Positions 50,521 through 62,919 of a DNA stretch of 64,000 bases are shown one piece after another. This DNA is from Octopus vulgaris (lineage: Eukaryota): positions 80,662,001 to 80,726,000 of the forward strand of contig OX597827.1 of assembly GCA_951406725.2 (NCBI GenBank), written 5' to 3'. Each line of letters begins with the position of its first letter. The first letter of the stretch is position 1. Below the pieces are notes generated by a model. It made no database searches. It saw only the letters and a program-made list of their open reading frames with translations, and was not told the origin of the DNA. A program made the position numbers and the translations under genes.

Positions 50521-51094
50521 CATAAAATAGTGTGGATGCCAAGAGCCAGGTGATATAGACATAAAAATAATCCATTATAATTAAAAGGTTTTGATTTCTT
50601 GTGGTCAGAATTGCTCGTTTCCAATCATCTGTTGGTAAACCAAGCCTGATATTCTTTTGAAGTATCTTTTGTCAGAATATTTTTTGAAGTATAAAATGAA
50701 AGTTTTAAGGAAAATGTTTATCCTAATGTTCTTCAAGTTTTCATTTCATATTTCAAAAAATATTCAGACAGGGGGTATTTCAAAAGAAAACCCGAATTTT
50801 GAGTACGAGAAATTGAAGCCTTTTGGTTAAAATTTGTTAAAGAATACTTTACATTTATATTGAGTCCTGTGATTTATCACTTCAGCCATGTAAACGGTAC
50901 CTGTGCTGGTGCCACGTGAAAGGCATCCAGGACTCTGTGTAAATTGGTTGGCATCCAGTCATTGAAACCATGCCAAAGCAGACAACAGAAGCCTGGTGCA
51001 GCCCTCCAGCTTGGTAGCTTCTGTAAAACCGTCTGACTCATGACAGCATGAAAAATTAACCTTAGATGATGAGGATAAGGATATATATATATAT

Positions 51095-51715
51095 ACACAG
51101 AGTGAGATGGGTAAATTGTAGCCATTTTATATTTTTAATTTTGCACATGTGCATTAGTTGTTCTTGATTTTGTCAACTGTACAGTATAGTAGGGTCAGCT
51201 GGGCACTGTCTGCATGAAAAACAGCACCATGATACAATTCATTGACAGAAATTTGAAAATTACATGCTGTACTGCTTTGGCATTTGCGCCAGAAGCTCCA
51301 ATATGAACATTTCAGAGTGTTTGGGTGCCAAAGTGAGGACTTTCCATGTCCGAACAACATGTACTGAGAGCACTAAGAATCAAACATTCAGTCAATGCCA
51401 TGGTGTTTGGAGTAATCGCTAGTGATGATGACATTATGCCTCCATTCATCTTCCCACATGGCCTCAAACTCAACATGGAGGCCTACATCAAGTGCCTGGA
51501 GGAGGTAGAGCTACCCTGGGCCAAGAGGATGGCTGCTTGAAGATTCTATGACTGGCAACAGGACTCTGCACCATGCCATGCAAGAAGGAGAACCCTGTCA
51601 GACAATTTCTGCAACCACATCACCCCTAACATCAGGCCTCCTTGATTATTATGTGTTGGGCACAGTTGAGTGAGAGACCAACAAAACTCCTCGTGACCCA
51701 AAGATGAACTGAGAG
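51095..51715 (+). mobile_element. Tc1/mariner transposase relic
   Basis: MVFGVIASD..MPPFIF..YIKCLEEV.LPW..WQQDSAPCH. Confidence 0.8.
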
Positions 51716-51824
51716 GAAGAGATATGTTGGTAGAGAGAAAGCAAGATGTTGAGTCAGTCACACTGCTTCTGGTGTAGAGTGATATCAACCATGAGACTAA
51801 ACTGAAGCAGCAGACAACAGATTA

Positions 51825-52265
51825 CATCCTCATCCTCATTTAACATCCGCTTTCCATGCTAGCATGGGTTGGACGATTTGACTGAGGTCTGGCGAACCAG
51901 ACTCCAATCTGATTTGGCAGAGTTTCTACAGCTGGATGCCCTTCCTAATGCCAACCACTCCAAGAGTGTAGTGGGTGCTTTTACGTGCCAGTTTAGTGGT
52001 ACTGGCAACGGCCATGCCCAAATGGTACTTTTTATGTGCCACCTGCATAGGAGCCAGTCCAGCGGCACTGGCGATGACCTTGCTGAAATGTTTCATGTGC
52101 CACCAACACAAGTGTTAGTAAGGCGATGCGGTAACGATCACACTTGAATGGTGTGCTTAACGTGCCATCTGCACAAAGGCCAGCTTGTTGCTCTGGCAAC
52201 GATCTCACTCATATGGTACTCTTAGCACTCCACTAGCAACGAATGCCAGTCACCGAGTTTGATTA
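51825..52265 (-). mobile_element. Meta-domain-like SINE
   Basis: Same core and internal repeats. Confidence 0.8.
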
Positions 52266-54067
52266 AAATTAAACTCAATACTCAGACATTCCTCATTTAA
52301 TGATGGTGAGAAATGAAATTAAGTCAAACATTGTAAAAAATAAAATTCATTAAATCTGCATCCTTAACGACCGATTTTTGTTTGATAATATTTTTTTATT
52401 TCTTTCTTTTGTTTTTCAAGACTGAAAACAAAAATTTCCAGTGTACCAACAATTATTCTTGTGAACCACCATTCCTGATTATGTTCTAAGAGAGCTTCCA
52501 GGGTGTTCCAATACTTACCATACTGTACAATTACCTTGGGGTATCAACAGTTATCCCAGAGTTCCAATACATCAAGAAGAGGAGGGTGTCAGGTACCAAC
52601 AGCTGGTCTGAGGTATGTTACCCTGTGGAAGGGACAGGTGCCACAAGAACAACAACAACTTTGGCTGCTTAAACAGGTTTATTCATTTCATTTCATGTGT
52701 GTGTGTGTCACATACAAAAGGGAAAGAATATCACTTTTGAGACAGTGGAATTGACAGTTCACAAACGGGACACTTACAGTGTAGAAACAGTGTAGATGTA
52801 GTGTATCAACAGTACAGACAGTGTAGATTTAGTAGACCTGATGTTGAGTCACCAGATGGACAACAAACGACAGATGAAAACATCTTAAGTTGGAAGGAAA
52901 CTCATTCTGGCAACAACAACAACAATAACAACACGAGTATGTCAGTTAAATTATTGTTGTTTACTTCCATGATCATCGACACTCCAGCTCTGACCATACC
53001 ATCTCTATGACGACAATGTATGTAGGGTTCTTGTTATCATGTTGTTCTTCCTGTTTGTGAAAAGAGTAGAGTGCGAATTGTCTGCTATTTCAACCGAGTC
53101 AAGCAGTTTATTTATTTGTAGGGTGAAGATTGGTCGCAGTAGGTCCAACAGCTGGTCACTATAAACTATGTGTCGATATACTGGACCTTTAGGTGAGTGT
53201 TGAACGTTATGGACAGTAAAGGGTGGAGGAATATAGCCTTGTAAAGAGTGAAGGAGTAAAAGGGAATGGTCAGGGGAACAGGAGCAAGAAATACACGGAT
53301 CTGATTGTGACGTAAGCAATTACTTTAGAACCTGATATTACAAACCATCTGGAGTCACCATTTATGTACTGCCAGTCACCACTTCCTTTCGCCTGCACTA
53401 CGTCAAACTGGCATCCACCCCTCATTCTTATCATTGCACCCACACTCATAACATCTGCTGACCAGCCCTACCTCTTTTGACCATTCACCCCATATCTACA
53501 TCTGACCACCTCCATTCCATGCTTATATTCAACCCTCACCCTCTCTTCGTGCCACCTTGCCCATCCATGCTGATTCTTCTATCTCCACATGCTCTTCTAT
53601 TCCCCTTCTAGGACATCTTACCATGAAGATAGGTTCTAGCATCTCACCGCCACCATATTTATCCCTTTTTGTGGCCCCGCTCCAGCCTAACCCATCAACA
53701 CATAGCAAATACATAAGTAGCCATGAATCTCTCCCACAACAAAACTGTCCCTACATCTCCTGTCATGCATTAACATCTCAACATCTCGTTAAGTCTTGCG
53801 AGGTACAAGGCAACCTCACTGCAAAGCAATTGGCGTCAGGAAGGGCATTCGGCAGTAGAAACGATCTTAAAACTAAGAGATTGGAACAAGACATCATCTT
53901 CTGACTCATTGGATCCTGTTCAATCATCCAACTCATACCAGCTTTGAAAGCAGATGTAAAAAAAGATAATATATTTATACACACACACACACTCGTGCTT
54001 CATACTTTTTTGTTGTACACGTTTTGTGATGTCCTGTGCCCACATATGCATATATATATACATACAT

Positions 54068-54118
<51 letters not shown>

Positions 54119-54268
54119 TGATATATATAAATATATAAAAATATATATATATATGTATAGATGTATGTACTTATACATATGTATGTATGCATATATATAT
54201 ATTATTTATTTATATATATATATATATATGTATGTATATGTAAAATATAGATATATATGTATGTGTGG

Positions 54269-54299
<31 letters not shown>

Positions 54300-54430
54300 C
54301 TTTATTTAAAAGCAGCAGAAAATTCAACAAAACCTGTTACTCTGAGTTTCCCGTTGCCGTTCATCAGACGTAGTGCAGCTGAAAGGAAGAGTAACAGGTT
54401 TTGTTGAATTTTCTGCTGCTTTAAATAAAG
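54300..54430. repeat. Small foldback element (43-bp arms) with a hammerhead-like core on minus; probable Penelope-derived repeat
   Basis: Arms 54300-54343 / 54388-54430; minus CUGAUGA-ACGGCAACGG-GAAA-CUCAGAG-UA. Confidence 0.6.
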
Positions 54431-54819
54431 CATATTACTCTACTCCTGGTATTTGAGTGCTCTTTTTTCCACCATGTTTCACATTTATGTGTTTACTCCG
54501 GTATATGTATATATATATCTGCACACATACACGTAAACATATGCACACACACACACACACTTCTGAGTGGTGGTGCCACCCCTTTATTACTGAGGAGGTA
54601 AAACTCTGCTGTCTCTATTTTTGCTCTCCAATCATCTGAACACTGAAAGATGCTGCTCTTGTCCGAAACATCGGAAACTTCACTTACCACAACAATATAA
54701 TGTTGTTCTTCCGTTACTCTTCCCAATATGAAAATGCTTTTCATACACACACACATAAAAAATATATGATAGCCCATATATTTATACAGTTCTGTATTTA
54801 AGAGATGAGGATTTATGTA

Positions 54820-55025
54820 CATTGTTTACATTTGACAGCTATTTGACTTCATCTTGTTTGTTGTTAACATAACGTTTCGGCTGATATACCCTCATTCCCG
54901 AGGAATGAGAACCCAGGTTCGAAATTTCCCCAAGACACCTGATAAAGGCTGGAGGGTATATCAGCCGAAATGTTGTGTTGACAACAAACAAGATGAGGAC
55001 AAATATCCATCAAATGTAAATAATG
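54820..55025. repeat. Foldback element (74-bp arms) with a mutated hammerhead-like motif at 54935-54978
   Basis: Arms 54820-54893 / 54952-55025; ACAC-CUGAUAA-A-GGCUG..CAGCC-GAAA-UG-UU-GUGU. Confidence 0.6.
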
Positions 55026-55132
55026 CATTTATATATATATATATATATATATTATTAATATATTTATTTATATAAATAAATATATATATTAATAATACAT
55101 AAATAAATATATATATAAATAATATATAAATA

Positions 55133-55178
<46 letters not shown>

Positions 55179-55256
55179 TATTAATAATATATAAATAAAT
55201 ATATATATATTATTTATATATTTATTATATATATATATATATATATATTATTTATA

Positions 55257-55296
<40 letters not shown>

Positions 55297-56276
55297 GTGC
55301 TGATTGTACATTCATATCACTGTGTGTATGTGTGTATGTGTGTGTGTGTGTAGTTGACACATGAGAAAATTATACATGTTAAGTCTCCACAGAAGATGGC
55401 AGGTTTACGTGAAATAGCCAGGTGGTACTGAATCCTTCAACTTGAAAAGCTTTTAACAGCAACCATTGACATGTTCCTGGTGACTTAGAATATCCGTTAA
55501 CAAAGCCCACCCTCGACCTCATCATCATCATCATCATCATCACAGGAATCCACTTGGTCTGTTACTTTATTTCGCACTCACTCAAACCCCTCCCAGGTGT
55601 CGTTTACGTGAGGAGATGAAGAACTCTTAATGTCTGGTTGAAATCAATAGGGAAAATGTCTTTCAAGAAATACAGGGAAAGCATAACAGCAGCTGGATGA
55701 GAAGTGTTTATGAAAGAGTCGTTAAGATATTAATGAGGACATGCTGTTGTTGTTGTTGTTATTGTTTAGCTCACAGGTCAGCCTTGGTCCAAAAGATTGT
55801 TGATAAACAAACCTTCTGGTCATCTTATATTCAGACTGTAAGGTGTATTATGGGGGGAGATTCAGCTGCTATTTCTAGCAGCTTCAGTTACCTTAATGGT
55901 TGTGTTTATCTTTCATTGTCTGCCTGTGTGTCTTTTTCCAGTGGGAGTCAACCCTAACAAAGACAGGTCCCTTTGTGTGTTTGGGTGCTGTAATTATATA
56001 GAAGGGACGGATTACTAAAATAAGATCCAACTGGATCCTGTCTGTGTTGTCCTGAAACTCAGAGTAAAGCAGGGAGGAGTATCACATCGATCTAAATGCC
56101 ACTATTACTGTATAAATACTAGGTGTGAACTACCTGTGTCAGCAAGTGTTGGAGGGAAGAAAATGGAAAGTTTTTGAAGTCATCTGACAGACTGTAGTTG
56201 AAAGAGAGGTCAAAGGTGAGAATTTCGTTCAAATATGTGGAAGTGATTGGGTTGGGAAGAGGTGGACTGAGGTCAG

Positions 56277-57809
56277 TTAGAGTAGCCATGGTTGGTAAGT
56301 GAGCGAGTGAGTAGTTTCATGTTTTTTGAGGTGCTCATTACGAGAGAATGCCTTCCCGCATATATTACAGGTATAGGGTTTGGCGCCAGTGTGTGTAATC
56401 ATGTGACGGTTGAGATCGCTTGGCTTTGCAAAAGCCTTGGAACAAATTTGGCAAACATAAGGTCGTTCCCCGGTGTGGGTCATCTCATGTCGCTTCAACG
56501 TGGAACTTTTTGTGAAAGCAGAATCACAATATCGGCAGCAGAAATCTTTCTCACCTGTATGGTTCTTGATGTGATTATTTAAACTGTCTTTACGGGAGAA
56601 CACTTTATCACAATAAGTACAGGAGAAAGGTTTCTCACCTGTATGGTTCCTCAGGTGTATCTGTAAGGTGAAGTTCTGTGTGAACCCTTTGCCACACACC
56701 TCACAACTGTACGGTTTAATTTCAGCATGAATCCGCTCATGTTTTGTCAAGATGGATTTTTGGGCAAAATTTTTACCACACACTTCGCATTTGAATGGTT
56801 TGATTCCTGTATGAATGGCCAGGTGGGACTTTAGCTGTCCACTCTGTGAGAACTCTTTCTGACAATATTCACAACTGTAAGGTTTTTTGTCAGCATGCGT
56901 GCGTTCATGCCTTTTCAACGAGTACATCTGTGTGAACCCTTTCCCACAAACTCGACATACAAAAGCCTTTTTGTCAATATGGTTCTTTGAGTGTGACATC
57001 CAGCCTGATTTTTGAGAGAAAGTTTTCCCACAAATGCTACAGACGTAGGGCTTTTCCCCTGTGTGTGTCCTTGCATGGTTTTCTAAAGCAAACCGTCGGA
57101 CAAATCCTTTCCCACAAGTTTTACATTTGAACGGGGTGCTGCCTGTGTGACTCAGCATGTGAGATTTCAAATAGTCGTTCCTTGAGAAATTGCGAGAGCA
57201 AATCTCACACTTAAATGGCTTCACACTCAGGTGGACACTGAGATGGCGTTTTAGATCACAACTCTTAGAAAATTCTTTTTCACAAACTTCACATTTATAG
57301 ATTTTGCCATCAGCATGAGTTTTCTCATGGTTTCTTAGCAGACTAGCTTGTATGAAGGACTGTCCACAAGTCTCACAAGAAAATGGTTTCTCCTCAACAT
57401 GGCTCAGTCGGTGAAGTCGTAAATACTCAAACCTAGAGAAGACTTTCTCACAGATATCACATTTGTGGGTCGTACAAAGTTTTTGTTTTCTTTTGCTCAG
57501 TGATATTTTTGGCACCGGTTCGCCAAGAGAATGGTTCATTTTATGCCAGCTGTAATAACTACTTCGAGAGAAAGATTTGTCACAGATGTCACAAAAAAAA
57601 GCCCGTTGCAAAGTTACTTTGCTTTCTCTGGCATTTTTTGTAGGATTTTCAGAAGAATTTGTAGAAGGACTCTTAAGAAAGGAGAACTTTTTAGGAGCAC
57701 TTTCAGAAGAATTGGAGGAGAAGTTCTTGAGAAAGGAGAACTTTTTCCCATTTCTGTTATTCAGATTACTGTATTTGGCAAGGAGCTTTTGCCGGAAGGT
57801 TTTCTCCAT
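56277..57809 (-). CDS. C2H2 zinc-finger protein, 15 fingers, single coding exon
   Basis: 510-aa ORF, CxxC-x12-HxxxH repeats with TGEKP-type linkers; ACAATGG start with in-frame TGA five codons upstream; acceptor TTGTATCTTTTATCAG| at 58035/58034. Confidence 0.96.
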   Translation of the reverse strand: MEKTFRQKLLAKYSNLNNRNGKKFSFLKNFSSNSSESAPKKFSFLKSPSTNSSENPTKNARESKVTLQRAFFCDICDKSFSRSSYYSWHKMNHSLGEPVPKISLSKRKQKLCTTHKCDICEKVFSRFEYLRLHRLSHVEEKPFSCETCGQSFIQASLLRNHEKTHADGKIYKCEVCEKEFSKSCDLKRHLSVHLSVKPFKCEICSRNFSRNDYLKSHMLSHTGSTPFKCKTCGKGFVRRFALENHARTHTGEKPYVCSICGKTFSQKSGWMSHSKNHIDKKAFVCRVCGKGFTQMYSLKRHERTHADKKPYSCEYCQKEFSQSGQLKSHLAIHTGIKPFKCEVCGKNFAQKSILTKHERIHAEIKPYSCEVCGKGFTQNFTLQIHLRNHTGEKPFSCTYCDKVFSRKDSLNNHIKNHTGEKDFCCRYCDSAFTKSSTLKRHEMTHTGERPYVCQICSKAFAKPSDLNRHMITHTGAKPYTCNICGKAFSRNEHLKKHETTHSLTYQPWLL

Positions 57810-58107
57810 TGTTAAAGTTCTTCAAAGTGACAGCATTAAACAGACAGAGTTTGGTTATAATGAAAGTATCCTGGATTTTCTGCCGACAAAAGATTCCTTG
57901 CAGAATGTAGAATATGTCTATGGAATAGAAACAGTTTAATCTGAATATCAAGACTGGAAAAGTTGATATGTTCCTGTAGCATGGATTGTGGATAGCTGTG
58001 GTCTTTTATCAGCTCTGACAGGGAGGTGGAACACCTGATAAAAGATACAACAGACCAGTAGTAGTAATAGTAATAATAATAGTAATAATAATAATAATAA
58101 TAATAAT

Positions 58108-58147
<40 letters not shown>

Positions 58148-58149
58148 CA

Positions 58150-58750
58150 GAGAAAAAAGATGGCTGGGTAAGACTAAAAGTGATTTAAAACCGGAAACGT
58201 AGGCTCTAATCTGTGCTGCCCAAGAGCAAGCACTAAGAACAAACTACATAAAATACAGAATAGACAGCACATCCGAAAGTGATAAGTGCAGAATCTGTGG
58301 ATAAAATGGTGAAACCGTATTTAATATTACCAGCCAATGTACACCACTAGCCCAGAGAGAATATAAGAGATGCCATGACAATATAGCCAGGCTTGTCCAT
58401 TGGACACTCTGCAACAAGTATGGACTTGACAGAGCAAAAAATTGGTACGACCACAAACCTGAAGGCATCGTTGAAAATGGAAATGCAAAGATCCTGTGGG
58501 ATTTTATGATTCAGTGCGAACATGAGATAGAGAATAGGAAGCCAGGCATAGTCTTAATTGAGAAGGAAAACAAACTTTGCTGGATCATAGATATAGCATA
58601 CCCAGCTGACAAGAAGGTATGTGATAAGGAAGAAAGAAAAGTCGATAGATATGAGAAGTTAGCTTGGGAGGTTAAGCAGTTGTGGTCGATGAAAAAGGTG
58701 GCAGTGGTACCAATAATTGTTGGAGCCCTGGGAAGAGTGAGTAAAAATCA
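58150..58750 (+). mobile_element. R4/Dong-like non-LTR element fragment (zinc knuckle plus restriction-like endonuclease) beside (TAA)n
   Basis: AAQEQAL..CRICG..ETV..C..HD..KILWDF..KPGIV..IIDIA..VPIIVGALG. Confidence 0.8.
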
Positions 58751-58799
58751 CAGAATCAACCAGAGCAAGGAAGACTGAGAGCCATGAGAAGTAATATAA

Positions 58800-59330
58800 T
58801 CATCATCATCATCATCTAATGTCTGTTGCCCATGCTGGCATGGGTTGGACAGTTTGACTGGGCTGGCATGCTGGAAGGCTGTGCCAGGCTCCAGTCTGTT
58901 TTGGCATGGTTTTCTACGGCTGGATGCCCTTCCTAACGCCAACCACTGAGAGCATAATGGGTACTTTTACATGCCACTGGCACAGGTGCCATTTGTGCGA
59001 CACCAGTATCTGCCATGACTGATTTTTCTCAGCTTGATGAGTTTTCTTCTCGAGCACAACATAATGCCAAAGGTCTTGGTCATTGCCTCTGTGAGGCCCA
59101 ACACTCAAAAGAGGCTTGATGGGTCCTCTTAAGCAGAGCCCATCGCCAAAGGTCTCGGTCACTAGTCATTGTCTCTGTGAGTTTCAAAGTTCAAAGATCA
59201 TGCATCACCACCTCATCCCAGGTCTTCCTGGGTCTACTTCTACCACAGGTTCCCTCCACAGTTAGAGATCAGCACTTCTTTACACAGCTGTCCTCGTCCA
59301 TATGCATCACATGACCATACCAGTGCAGTT
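58800..59330 (-). mobile_element. Meta-domain-like SINE
   Basis: (CAT)n end and CTGGATGCCCTTCCTAACGCCAACCAC core. Confidence 0.75.
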
Positions 59331-60083
59331 GCATGCCCTGATGCAGTACCAGGCAGAGGTTCTTATGGCTTCAGATCTTAACTGATCGGAAGTATTTACA
59401 TGTACATTGTTTTGTCTTGGTGTAAAAGATGGGACTACAGCAAATATTCTGCTCAACACCACAGATTTGCTTGTCAGTTGTTTGACCTTAACCAGTTGAG
59501 CATGTCCCTTGGCTGACAATATGTGCATTTCTGATCATGAGCAGAAGTAGTGGGAGAGCATCATAGCCATGTGTTGAGAGGGATTCTTTGGGGGTTGAAT
59601 AATTCACCGCTGGAAACATGGGTGTTTAGTTCAACATCCTTAAACAACCCTTATTCAGGGACCTTTTGGATGGGATGGGCTACTCAACCTGAAGAAAATT
59701 CTAACTGGGCCTCACCTGCAAGGTCATGCACTGTTCATCTTGATATGATAATAATAACAACAACAACAACAATTTATGATTTTGGCAGAAGGTTAGAATT
59801 TTGAGGGGCAGGGTTAGTCAATTAAATAGACCTCAGTACATGACTAGTATTCTGTTTTATTGACTCTCAAAGAATGAAATACAAAGTCGACCTCAGTGAA
59901 AATTGAACTCAGAATGTGAAGAGCCAGAAGAAATAAGCTAATAATAATAATAATAAAGACTGGAAACAGGGAGAAAAGGACAGAGAAAAAGAGAGAGAAT
60001 AAGAAAGAATGTGGTTTTATAAGTAAACTAGCTGACCCTGTGCCATAAAAAATGATGGTGAATTGTAGTATTTTATATATAAA

Positions 60084-60480
60084 CTAGCAGTATCGCCCGG
60101 TGTTGCTCGGGTTTGTAAGGGAAATAACTGTATAAGCATTTTTAGAGATGTAAAGTATAATTGCCATCTCAATATGGCTAACCACAAAGGGGGGGGGGTT
60201 ACTGCAGCTTTTTACGTTCTGAGATTTAAGAATACATTTTTAGAGAGTTACTTCTCTTATATAATAGCAAAAAAATGCATTAAAAATGGGAAAAAAATTA
60301 CGGTAAATTTTTTTAAAATCGTAGACTCATTGTAGACGCACGCTAATACACAGAAGGGGTCGATATGAATCACGACTATAAGATACCCGGTTTTGGTTAC
60401 ACTGCACCGCAAAATGTGGGAGTAGTTAGGAATCTAAATCGTAGGAGATAGACACACAACTTCACTTTTATATATAAAGA
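60084..60480 (-). mobile_element. Non-autonomous Helitron nested in an older repeat (~60028-60830)
   Basis: Reverse complement of A|TC...hairpin..CTAG|T; same 3' end as 10269 and 23486. Confidence 0.8.
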
Positions 60481-61069
60481 TGAGGTACAAAATAAGAGTC
60501 CAAACCCCACCCACCGTCACAAAAATTGAAAAAAATATAGTATACTAGGTGTAAAATAACGTGTAGTAAATGAATATGAAGAAAAAAAATTGCGCTGACG
60601 AATGGGGAAGTGGAGAGAAGACTCAGAACATTCCAGATGTGAATTTTCCTGAGTCGTCTCCCCCCCCCACCTCCATTCGCCAGTGCACATTTTTTTTTGC
60701 ATATTTATTTACTACATGTAGTTTTACACTATTTCTTTTTAATTTTTTGTTTTTGCCTGGGTCAGAAACTGGAGGTTAACCAAATAAGGGACATAATAAT
60801 CACAGATACAAACACTCACATACTTCCCTTCTACATGCATACACACATATACTCAGAGTTGAAATGCTGTTTGATTTTTCTTTTCAGTGTTGAACATTCA
60901 CCATTCCATTTCCATTGCACACTCACACACACACACACACACATACCTCCCTTTTACATACACACACATATACTCAAACTGAGTTGAAACACTGATACAG
61001 GAAATTGTTTACTTCTAAAAAAAAAATCAAAAAGTCATAACACTAATATACATATATATATATATATAG

Positions 61070-61420
61070 ACTCTTTTACTAGTTTCAGTTATTTGACTGT
61101 GGCCATGCTGGAGCACTGCCTTTAGTTGAGTAAATTGGCCCCAGGACTTATTCTCTGTAAACTTAGTACTTATTCTATCGGTCTCGTTTGCCGAACTGTT
61201 AAGTTATGGGGACGTAAACACACCAGCATCGGTTGTCAAGCGATGTTGGGAGGGACAAACACACATATATATATATACATATATACGATGGGCTTCTTTC
61301 AATTTCCGCCTACCAAATCCACTCACAAGGTTTTGGTCAGCCCGAGGTGCCACGCAATGGGACTGAACCCGGAACCATGTGGTTGGTAAGCAAGCTACTT
61401 ACCACACAGCCACTCCTGCA
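61070..61420 (-). mobile_element. tRNA-headed SINE (a plus-strand 3' half follows at ~61590-61810)
   Basis: Reverse complement of the 10577-10986 family. Confidence 0.85.
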
Positions 61421-61497
61421 CTTACATATATATATATATATATACACACATATATATATACATATATATACATACATATACATATATATATATGTAC

Positions 61498-61528
<31 letters not shown>

Positions 61529-61582
61529 TATACATATATATATATACATATACACACACACACATATATAATGATGATGGGG

Positions 61583-61613
<31 letters not shown>

Positions 61614-62919
61614 TTGTGTGTGCATGTGCGTTTGTCTCCCGATGCTGCTTGACAAACAATGTTGGTGTGTTTACATCCGGTAACGTAGCAGTTTGGCAAA
61701 AGATACCGATAGAATAAGAACCAGTCTCTGAACTTCTAACAACAAGTTCTGGGATCGAGTCATTCGGCGGTGCCCCAGCATGGCCGCACTTTAATGACCG
61801 AAACAAGCCGAAGACCAGTATTGCATGTTTTACATTCATGCAGAAAATACCACCGTTGTGTGTGGTGGAGAGTTTCCAAAGTCCCTGCTATATTTGTTCT
61901 GCAGCTTGTTGTGAACACTCCCTTGTCGCTCTCTTCATCCCGTAATTAGCCCTGAGCGGACAACGACGTTCATCGATGGGGATAGAAATAATAAACAAAC
62001 CAATCACTCAACAACAACAACAACAACAACCACTACGACGACGACGACGGTGACAATTGACAAATGACCACCACCTTGTCTGTCTGTGTGTCGCAGTCCA
62101 ATACTATAGGGAGTAGAGTGGGTGGTGGGAAGAGGTAGAGATAGATTGTGGTAGGAGGTGTATCTAGCAGTCGCCACCCTCAATAATGAAATGTGTTGAA
62201 GTAGAAAAAGGAGAGAGAGGGGGGAGGGGAGGGTGTTCACACAGGAACAACAAGAGACACAGAAGCTAGGAGGTCGCTCTGCTAGAAATAACAGCCAAAT
62301 TTCACTTGAAAAGGAAGGAAGGTCTGTTACAACAACAGCCAATGTAAATATGTCACTGTTGATCTATATTCGGGAAAGTATTTCAGCTATGACCGTCCCA
62401 CCTTTTTTAAACAGTTCAATCCATGACCAGCGTGTGATATGAAGTAGATTTGGCTGCAGTCTCTAGCAGGCCGGACGACCACATAGATGCGCCTACCTTG
62501 TATACAATGTGTAGTTCTTGGCTGGTCCTAAACAAGCATATTTATGTTCAAAAGAGGTCCAGCCATGACCACATCATTTATTCTTAAGACAGTATTATAG
62601 ACTATAGTATTTCGTGTGTCCGTTTTAAAATAAAACAGAGATTTGGCTGCTATTTCTAGCAGGCCGAGACAGTGGACATCTGAAAGGCGTGCGATGTGTA
62701 CATGTGAAATATACAAGGATAATGTTGTGTAGCCCCAGCTGTGCTGCGACTTCCAGCCGTGACCACCTCGTCTTTTTCTATATCCAACACTACATTAACT
62801 AATGGTCCTTCTTTTTCAAGACGGCAGGGTCTCTGAGCTGAGGGAGGTTTAGCTGCTACTTCATATGAAACTGGTTCATGTTTCTACTGTACACAACTGG
62901 TTTGTGTTTTGGCTGGACA

